Assembly (NCBI GenBank): GCA_964016885.1
Contig: OZ024742.1
Coordinates: 12,400,001 to 12,464,000, forward strand
Length of the DNA stretch: 64,000 nt
Source of the DNA: Eledone cirrhosa
Taxonomy: Eukaryota
Reading direction: 5' to 3'
The notes beneath the pieces are model-generated. The model saw nothing but the letters and a program-made list of their open reading frames with translations. It ran no database searches and was not told where the DNA came from. Position numbers and translations under genes: made by a program. Numbering within the stretch: the stretch's first letter is position 1; every line of letters begins with the position of its first letter. Of this stretch, positions 54,474 through 64,000 are shown piece by piece.

Positions 54474-56590
54474 AAGACTATATCTCTATAGTCGGTTAAT
54501 ACAATAGACTATATCTCAAGTAGGTTCAACAGACTATATCTCTAGTAATACAATATACTATATCTATATTGTAGGTTATTGCAACAGACTATATCTATAG
54601 TAGGTTATTACAATAGACTATATCTCTCTAGTAGGTTATTACAATATACTATATCTCTATAGTAGGTTATTACAAAAGACTATATCTCTATAGTAGGTTA
54701 TTACAACAGACTATATCTCTGTAGTAGGTTATTACAATAGACTATATCTCTGTAGTAGGTTATTACAATAGACTATATCTCTGTAGTAGGTTATTACAAT
54801 AGACTATACCTATAGTAGGTTATTACAATAGATATATCTCTATAGTAGGTTATTACAAAAGACTATATCTCTATAGTAGGTTATTACAATAGACTATATC
54901 TCTATAGTAAGACTTATTACAACAGACTATATCTCTATAGGAGGTTATTACAATAGACAAATCGATAGTAAGTTATTACAATAGACTATATCTCTATAGT
55001 AGGTTATTACAATAGACTATATCTCTATAGTAGGTTATTACAATAGACTATATCTATAGTAGGTCATTACAAAAGACTATATCTCTATAGTAAGGCGTAT
55101 TACAATAGACTATATCTATAGTAGGTTATTACTATAGACTATATCTATGGGAGTTTATTACAACAGAATATATCTCTATAGTAAGACTTATTACAACAGA
55201 CTATATCTATAGTATGTTATTACAATAGACTATATCTATAGTAGGTTATTACAATAGACTATATCTAGAGTAGGTTATTACAACAGACTATATCTCTGTA
55301 GAGGTTATTACAATAGACTATATCTCTATACTAGGTTATTATAATGATAGACTATATCTCTATAGCAGGTTATTACAATAGACTATATATCTCTAGTAGG
55401 TTATTACAATTGACTATATCTCTATAGTAGGTTATTACAATAGACTATATCTCTATAGTAGGTTATTACAATAGACTATATCTATAGTAGTTTATTACAA
55501 CTGACTATATCTCTATAGTAAGACTTATTACAATAGACTATATCTATCGTAGGTTATTACAATGGACTATATCTATAGTAGTTTATTACAAGTGACTATA
55601 TCTATATAGTAAGACTTATTACAATAGACTATATATATAATAGGTTATTACAACAGACTATATCTCTGTCGTAGGTTATTACAACATACTATATCTCAAG
55701 TAGGTACAACAGACTATATCTCTAGTAATACAATATACCATATCTATATAGTAGGTTATTACAACAGACTATATCTATAGTAGGTTATTACAATAGACTA
55801 TATCTATAGTAGGTTATTACAATAGACTATATCTCTATAGTAGGTTATTACAACAGACTATATCTATAGTAGGTTATTACAATAGACTATATCTATAGTA
55901 GGTTATTACAATATACTATATCTCTATAGTAGGTTATTACAATATACTATATCTCTATAGTAGGTTATTACAACAAACTATATCTCTGTAGTAGATCATT
56001 ACAAAAGACTATATCTCTATAGTAAGACTTATTACAATAGACTATTTCTCTATAGTACATTATTACAATAGACTATATCTATAGTAATTTATTACAACAG
56101 ACTATATCTATAGTAGGTTATTACTATAGACTTTATCTATAATAGGTTATTACAACATCCTATATCTCTGTAGTAGGTTATTACAATAGACTATATCTCT
56201 GTAGTAGGTTATTACAATAGACTATACCTATAGTAGGTTATTACACTAGACTATATCTCTATAGTAGGTTATTACAATAGACTATATCTATAGTATGTTA
56301 TTACTATAGACTTTATCTATAATAGGTTATTACAACAGACTATATCTCTATAGTAGGTTATTACAATAGACTATATCGCTATAGTAGGTTATTACAACAG
56401 ACTATATCTCTATAGTAAGACTTATTACAATAGACTATATCTCTATAGTAGGTTATTACAATAGACTATATCTCTATAGTAAGACTTATTACAATAGACT
56501 ATATCTCTATAGTAGGTTATTACAATAGACTATATCTCTATAGTAAAACTTATTACAATAGATTATGTCTCTATAGTAAGACTTATTACA
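54474..56590. repeat. ~29-33 bp minisatellite
   Basis: AGTAGGTTATTACAATAGACTATATC(TC)TAT in tandem over ~2.1 kb. Confidence 0.95.
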
Positions 56591-57738
56591 ACTGATCTCT
56601 ATCAGATTTGAAATCAATATTGAAGATATTTTCTATAGATTCCCCAATGTTTTTACTATCTTTTTGTGTTTTCTTTGTAATATTTTAATTCATACAGTTT
56701 GTTAGAATCTATAATTGTGCCGTTATTTTCAGCCATACAATGTATTCCAGCAGATCTACACTGCAATTCAACGGAGCTTTGAATATCGTTTTTCGTCACA
56801 TGTCCTGAATCTTCGAATTCCTCGTTGTGCCGATGATAAAGAGCAGAAACGATGGGCTTTTTCGAAGTTGATTTTATGGAGTAATTAACAGCCATCGATT
56901 ATTCTGTGTATCAATAATACTTCTCTCTGTAACGATCGTAAAACAATAAAGTAATTCTTTCCTTATTCTTTCATTGTTTAACATTGTAGATCAGACTCTA
57001 TAATTTAGAATACTAAGTGATATATCCGGGAATATCACCAGTCCCCAGAAACAGATAGCCTTCTGCTACGATGGGATATTCACATCAAGACTACATTGAG
57101 ATTTAAAATGGTTATAAATCCTACCCTCACTAGTCAAAACATTCAATATTCATAATTTTCGAAAACTTCCCGATATCGAAAGTTTCTAAGAAATCTTTTC
57201 ACTATATTTCAGCAATATAAATTATGTCAGATTTTGGCGTCGGTGTAAATTAAATAAGAAGATGTATTATCATAAAGTCTTATTAGTTTTTCAAACTTAG
57301 TTGTGATAAATTTATTACTTTCGAATCAGTACATTCAGTATTTTTCTAAAGACTTCGAACGGTTAATATTTTCTTCTGTTCCTGCTGCTCTCTAAAACCT
57401 TATTTTTACTTTGTTATCCGTTCCTAACTTTTTTCTTCTATTATCTCAGAAAAATGGATCCCAGTAAATGGATTTAGTGCAATAAAATGACAAGTGATGT
57501 ATTATTACATGACTTGGAGGTCGATATCTCACCTTTTCTTCCATCGTTATTTTTCGTAAATAATTTACAGAGAAATTGCTTTTTATTTTATAAATAAACA
57601 TTACTGTATGTTTTGAGTTCCCTTTCTCTCGTTTTTACATAGAAACACATATTTTATAAGGATATATTTTGATTATATTTATTATTATTATTGGTGTTTT
57701 AGTTGTTATTATCACTGTTAATTGATACCAGTGACACT

Positions 57739-57873
<135 letters not shown>

Positions 57874-57936
57874 AAGTAAAAATTAAGTGGAAATATCCAA
57901 GAGTAAAAACACTCAGTCCATAGGACGAGTTTAGCA

Positions 57937-58086
57937 TAAATAATTACAACAGTGACATAAACAGGTACTCAAGTTTCGTTGGGCCCCAATTTCTTCAGCC
58001 TGTCATGAGCTCATGACAGGCTGAAGAAATTGGGGCCCAGAACCCAACGGAACTTGAGTACCTGTTTATGTCACTGTTGTAATTAT
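57937..58086. repeat. Zero-spacer palindrome of two head-to-head hammerheads
   Basis: Centre TCATGAGCTCATGA; minus arm ACAGG-CTGAAGA-AATTGGGGCCCAAC-GAAA-CTTGAG-TA-CCTGT (57961-58003) intact; plus arm (58016-58065) has GGAA and a 7-nt insertion. Confidence 0.88.
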
Positions 58087-58379
58087 GTATATATATATTT
58101 ATATAGTGGTAGAACACTGGAAGGTAATATCCGTAGTGGCAGAGCATTCAGTCCATGGGACGAGTTAGATAGAAGTGGTTACACAACAGTTAGTTCACCA
58201 TACCGAGAACAATTGTTTCACCTGAGCGGATCCTCAGCTCGTAATGGACATGATTATACGGAACAGGAAGAACAACCGTACGAACATGCATATATCAACC
58301 ATCGATCGATTTTCTTCAAATCGAACCCAGGAAACAATGTTTCTATTGGTCTTTACAATTGTTAGTATTATCTATCGGT

Positions 58380-58490
58380 CGCAACTCCAGGTAGAAGGAG
58401 CAACGTGAAATAAAGTGTCTTGCCCAAGGACATAATGCATCACACAGTCTGGGAATTGAATTCATGACCTCATAGCATTAAGTAACCCCA
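58380..58490 (-). mobile_element. Degenerate CORE-like tRNA SINE fragment
   Basis: Minus: GAATTCAATTCCCAG...GTCCTTGGGCAAGACACTTTATTTCACGTTGCTCC. Confidence 0.5.
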
Positions 58491-58529
58491 ATAAGCTCAC
58501 CAGTATACAACATCCTAGTAATGAGAATT

Positions 58530-58900
58530 TTAGGGAATATGACAACTCAGTTAACCTTAGCAATTCTTTCGTCCCGCGTGATAATGATGGTAGTAACCAG
58601 GATATGAGGTCAGCTAGATTAGGTGTAGAATAGGAGATTTTTACGTTATTCTTATTGGGGTTTTTTCTGTATCTGTGGTTAGGTGGAAAGTTCATCTCTA
58701 AGGCGTCGAAGAAGATTCTGGGTAAATTGGAGGCCACACTCCGAGAGTAGGGGGGATGGAACCATAGGGCGTTACGGTGGCGATTACGCGTGGTTCTGGG
58801 GTTACTATAGGCGTTGTTGCCAAGGTGGATGTCCCTATGAGGGCTATAAGGCTGCTGTATAATGCGTGCTCTGTTGGCATTATGTCTGAGTGCACAGACT
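58530..58900 (-). mobile_element. Penelope-like element thumb/linker fragment
   Basis: Minus: LWFHPPYSRSVASNLPRIFF...NFPPNHRYRK..NKNNVKISYSTPNL, matching the WFNPPYS..HFP..VKISYS pattern (KISYS also at 18333). Confidence 0.75.
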
Positions 58901-59137
58901 GTCCCAGTACGGCGGTTCCGAGTTACCGTGAGCGGGTTAGAAGGTGTAGGTAATAAACCATTACCTTTATTAAGCCTGTAAGCGGGGAATAATTCAAGTA
59001 GGCTGTAGTTGCTACTATACCTCCATGATGCATGCTCTATAAAGCCCCCCTCATGTAGGACTAATGTTATAGCGAACCATACCTATAACCAACGCCACAG
59101 CGGCCCAACTAGCATAAAAAATATTAGAAGAGATAAT

Positions 59138-59321
59138 AATTGTTTCTACTTTTGGCACAAGGCCAGCAATTACCCAGTGAATTACTGGTATTTATTTTAC
59201 CGACCCCGTAAGGATGAAAGGCAAAGTTAACCTCGGCGGGATTTGAACTCAGATCGTAAAGGGACGTAACTACGCTGGAAAGCATGTCTGACCCTCTACC
59301 AATACTGCCAATTCACCGCCC
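59138..59321 (-). mobile_element. tRNA-derived SINE with 15-bp TSD, in the loop of a diverged inverted repeat (58960-59020 / 59420-59480)
   Basis: TTAGAAGAGATAATA on both sides; B-box and body as in the other copies. Confidence 0.88.
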
Positions 59322-61263
59322 TTAGAAGAGATAATAGTGCCACTAGCTACGGCCCGCATCATAACTATAAAGGTAGCAGAACGGGTGTATTACCACACCC
59401 ACAACTTCATACTCCAGCTAATAGTAGAAACTACAGCCTACTTGAACTATTCCCCGCTTACAGGCTTAATAAAGTTAATGGTCTATTACCTAGACCTTCT
59501 AACCGACATACGGGCAGTTGACTTACTATTAAACAACTTGGAACACCATCAACCACCCTCTGTTCTCCCTCCAGGAAACTGCACTGCATATATTCAGCTG
59601 GGCTTACCCCGCTATATTCTTCCACACTGCCAGACAGATCTTTGGGTAATTTTACAGAACCATCCCTTATACCCAAACAACCTCTTAAACAACTGATCAT
59701 ATAAATATATAAATTCCATCTAAACTCACACTGAAGTTGCCACTAGTTAAACTTGTCTATAGTCTTTAATGACTTTACTAATAATTTATACTCATACTCA
59801 TACCTTAACACCGCCTCATTATATTGAGTCGACTAAACCCTACTTACGTTAACTCCCTTTAAATAATAAATAAAATTTCTTACTATGCCGGTAGCGGTCA
59901 TTAGTTTGACAAGTAACATTACACCAGCGCCGATAATTACCTCCCTAAGCATACAAACATCTTTCCACCATTTTTCTATACTTAACAACGTATATACAAT
60001 ATGCATTCTGATGTTAAGGTATTATTCTACCCGTATAGGGTATTTAATTAATACAGACCCCCCCCCCCAAAAAAAAAAATGGAAAAAGAGGAAAGAAATA
60101 CTGGTTAAACGAAAAATTAAAGCAAAGATGCCACTAAGAAATATAGAAGGCACGGAAAAAAGGAACAGCGGTCGGAGAAGGGGGCAAGTATCCGAAGTCT
60201 AACACCTCTGCTATAAAAAGCGGAGTCAGCCAAATCTATCATAGAATAGGAGAGGGGAGGGGAGGGGTGCTGAAGCTACAAGGGACCGAGGGTCTACCTC
60301 GGGTGGGCGAGAAAAAGACGACGACAAAGAAAGGGAACTGGGGTAGAAGGACTAGGGAGGGATGGGGGTAAGGAGGAAATATAAAGGAAGCGATAAAAGA
60401 AAGTAAAAGAAGATCTTACGTCTCCATTGGAAAGCAGGGGTTACCCCTTACAATATAGGCAAGTGGAGTGTTATAGCCCTAGTCTACCCCCCCCCCCCCC
60501 GGGTCATTATGGGGTTTGAGGGCGAGGTAGGTCCTACGTAATCGGTGTTTTCGTACGATCTTTCATGTAGCCTGTATAATACTTTTTGTTTCGTGGCGGT
60601 ACCCTTAGAGTTAGCACGAGTATTTTTTTGCGGGACCCTGAATTATATTCTCGTACTAGCTTACTTTCTTGCTCTGAGTGGTTGCTGGCCCTGTGATTGG
60701 GGTAGAAACCTTTATTATTTCGTGGTAGTCTCTTTAGCCCCCCCCCCTCCTTTGTTGACCCGTCACCGTACGATACACGCACTTATACCTCGTATAAGGG
60801 TCCCTTTATTTCCGCCCCACCTAGTTTATTTTTATTTATTTTTTATTCTTCATTATATATATATATTTTTTTTAAATTTATTTATCTATTCTTTTATTCA
60901 CTTATTTGTTTATTTATTTATTTATGTATTTCTTTAGCCTAGCAATAGCGAGAGACTTAAGTCTTAGTAACCAGACTTTGCTTATTTTTTTCTCTCTCAG
61001 TACCTTTTATAGTTTTACCCTTCATTGTTCTTACTTACCGTTTCGACTTCCTCCCCCTCCCCCTCCCCAGTATCCTCTTTGACCTCACACCCAGCTGTAA
61101 CCGGCACTACCAACGCTTGAATGGGTCTACACCACCCCTCTCCTTTTTTCTCCTACCGGCAGGTTCAGCTACCCCTTCCCCCATCAATTTGCCATCACAG
61201 ATTTACTACTAACTTGTGATGTGACCAATCCTGGTGATTATCTCTTTGACCATATATGGAATT

Positions 61264-61357
61264 ACCCCTTGATAAGCTCGGCTATTTAAATACCAGAATA
61301 AATTTTCATTCAGTCCAGAATTAGCCGTCGAAACGGCTTGAGCTCAGCCGTCGGGGT
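61264..61357 (+). ncRNA. Hammerhead ribozyme with U3-A8 core and long stem II
   Basis: ACCCC-TTGATAA-G..CGGCTA...TAGCCG.C-GAAA-CGGCT TGAGCTC AGCCG-TC-GGGGT. Confidence 0.78.
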
Positions 61358-61495
61358 CTTACTTGTTCCTATTACCCACTCTACTACCCTAAGTATTGAG
61401 TACTTTGGTGTGTTATGGTCCACCTGGTTCCTTACCACATTTCCTTCGTTATATATATATATATATATATATATATTCATTATATAATCAATTAT

Positions 61496-61543
61496 TTCTC
61501 TCACGAGCCGTGTGGGCGAAACATGTGTAAGAGTTATATAAAG
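61496..61543 (+). ncRNA. Degenerate hammerhead motif
   Basis: TTCT-CTCACGA-GCC GTGTG GGC-GAAA-CATGTG-TA-AGAG; G5 changed to C. Confidence 0.5.
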
Positions 61544-61583
61544 AACTTGTTTTAACGGCTTGTAATTCCTTTATTCATTTGCT

Positions 61584-61619
<36 letters not shown>

Positions 61620-61648
61620 CGTTCGTATTTGTGTGTGCGCGCGCGCGC

Positions 61649-61719
<71 letters not shown>

Positions 61720-62149
61720 ATTGAATGCGGGCGTGTATACCGAAATATATACATAGGCTACGTACGTCGATAAATTTAAGTATATAAAATTGATGACACA
61801 TTGTTTGTTTCAATAATTTCTCAGTACAATTTCACAAATTTCTGATAGACGTCTTCAATGAAGTGTTAATGACAGAGCACTAATGTAGTTCGGAATAAAC
61901 TTCACAGACATCGATATAACTTCTATAACTAGCCATAAACTCTGATTGATAAATGATATATAGTTTCTTCTAAATCTCAGAACGCCAATCCGATTTATTT
62001 CTAAATATATAATGTAAAATAAATCTGGAAAATTGAAAATAGATTTTTTTTGTGGTTTTACTGCGGTTGAAAATCAAATAGCACGTTGAACATCATCAGA
62101 CATAACTTATCCAAAACTATTATATCAATTCCGGTGCTGCTATTTACAT

Positions 62150-62400
62150 ACACACACTAAAATATCACTTCCGTTTCTACCATCTATATATGCACACTAT
62201 AATATCACTTCTGTTGCCACCATCTATATATACACACTAAAATATCACTTCCTGTACCACCATCTATATATATAAACCCTATGACATCACTTCCTGTGCT
62301 ACCATATATGTATACACTATGACATCATTTCCTGTGCCACCATCTATATATATATATATATATATACACACACTATGACGTCACTTCCTGTGCTGCCATC
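62150..62400. repeat. ~40-bp minisatellite
   Basis: CACTAT(G/A)ACATCACTTCCTGTGC(C/T)ACCATCTATATATA, about 6 diverged copies. Confidence 0.8.
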
Positions 62401-62729
62401 TTTATATTCAAATCAACTGCAGTCGGTTTGATGCATGTAATTTGTCGACAGAATATAGGTTCGGCTGTTTAAAATGCCAGAACTTAATAAAGTCTTTGAT
62501 AAGTGAAGTATAAAAACTGGGTGCTACTCACAATATTTCATTTCTGTCTTCTATTTACATTTGCTAACGGCTTTTTCTAGAAAATCTTATAATTGGAAAA
62601 GAACAGACCTATTTCGGATTTAAATTTTACAATTATATCTGGATGTTTGGCGACTTTTTTTATATGGATAGTTTTCTTAAGACTTCTCAATGTTAGATGA
62701 AGCGAGGACAATAATATATAGAATAACCG

Positions 62730-62880
62730 ACACTAGTACTTGACTGGTTCCTTTCTTATTGACCTTGGAATAATGAAAGGCGACGTTAATCTCGGTGGGA
62801 GTAGAATTCAGAGAACAGAGAGAGCGTGAACAGCAAAGCATTCCACCCGACGTCTTAACCACTCTATTAATTCGCCACCT
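62730..62880 (-). mobile_element. Old degenerate SINE copy
   Basis: Minus: GGTGGCGAATT..., GAATTCTACTCCCACCGAGATTAACGTCGCCTTTCATT...CCAGTCAAGTACT. Confidence 0.55.
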
Positions 62881-62941
62881 ACAAATATATTTAGTTAGTC
62901 AATGGCAATTTCACGTCTAATTACACCTTACATAGGTAAAC

Positions 62942-63465
62942 ATTAGTAATATTATTGACTAAGTCAGTCAGCGTTGACATAAATAGACCATTTGTCATTG
63001 TTGACTAAGTCCTATTGACATAAACACACTATTTGTCATATCTCTATCAAGAATTAGTAATATTGTTGACTAAGTCAGTCAGCGTTGACATAAATACATC
63101 ATTTGTCATATATCTGTCAACGATTAGTAATATTGGTGACTAAGTCCTGTTGACATAAATACACCATTTGTCATATCTCTGTCAACGATTAGTAATATTG
63201 GTGACTAAGTCCTGTTGACATAAATACACCATTTGTCATATATCTGTCAACGATTAGTAATATTGGTGACTAAGTCCTGTTGACATAAATACACCATTTG
63301 TCATATCTCTGTCAACGATTAGTAATATTGGTGACTAAGTCCTGTTGACATAAATACACCATTTGTCATATCTCTGTCAACGATTAGTAATATTGGTGAC
63401 TAAGTCAATCAACGTTGACATAAATACATCATTTGTCGTATCTCTGTCAACGATTAGTAATATTC
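62942..63465. repeat. 65-bp minisatellite with internal inverted repeats
   Basis: TTAGTAATATTGGTGACTAAGTCCTGTTGACATAAATACACCATTTGTCATATCTCTGTCAACGA, about 8 copies. Confidence 0.92.
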
Positions 63466-64000
63466 CCAGTTGTTATATGATGTTTGTCTGCAAGGATATT
63501 TTACCACGGTTATTCTTATTGGTTTCTCTGGTGCTTGTATCAACAATAGTATTCTTAATTAGATATTTGTAATTAAACACGACAATTTACGCGCAGTAAA
63601 TGTAATATAAGGAGATGAATTAATGAGAGTTGTAGATTCAATATTCAGGCCAATACACAGAAAAATGTATATAGATTAGTTAATAATTATTCTGGCGAAG
63701 AAAGCACTTTAAGCGGTAAGACCTCTCATTAAACGAGATATTTATAACGATGGATGTGTAAAACTGTTAAAATAATTTACATTGATAATATATTGGTACA
63801 TCTGTTAACCTATCAATTTTAATAATTGCTCGTATAACTATTTGTTTAATTAAGAATATATTGGAGGAAATATATTATGTTACGACCAAACTCTCTATAA
63901 ACACCTTATGTTTCTCTGTTTAAATTCCCATATTAATTGATACGGAAACTAATATAATAATCTGCAACATGCTACGAACCATAGACCATATTGGTTCGGT

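Noticed and set aside
56656-56895. 79-aa minus-strand ORF as a gene
   Set aside because: No recognisable motif, non-ATG-context support weak, and no neighbouring exons

Overview
AT-rich, microsatellite-saturated animal DNA. The SINE and (TA)n/(CA)n/(TCTA)n landscape suggests a coleoid cephalopod such as Octopus (inference). No host gene is confidently identifiable; nearly all recognisable content is mobile DNA. (1) About 20 type-I hammerhead-ribozyme (HHR) motifs occur on both strands. Several are fully base-paired, and three carry the U3-A8 covariant core. Most lie in short foldback (inverted-repeat) insertions next to (TA)n tracts, and Penelope-like GIY-YIG/linker remnants occur elsewhere in the window. 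(2) A 3.1-13.8 kb cluster holds five pieces of one Tx1/L1-clade LINE family, all abutting TCTA/TATC repeats, within an inverted duplication of their target locus. (3) A ~9 kb 66-bp satellite appears to be the tandemly amplified 5' terminus of a Helitron, with the hairpin-CTAG 3' end at 39763-39792. (4) There are CR1/L2, R4/Dong-like and RTE fragments (including three C2H2 fingers and a bipartite non-autonomous RTE), tRNA-derived SINEs, a tRNA-Thr-like sequence between inverted repeats, and several minisatellites. All calls were made by eye; no searches or folding programs were run, and boundaries are approximate.
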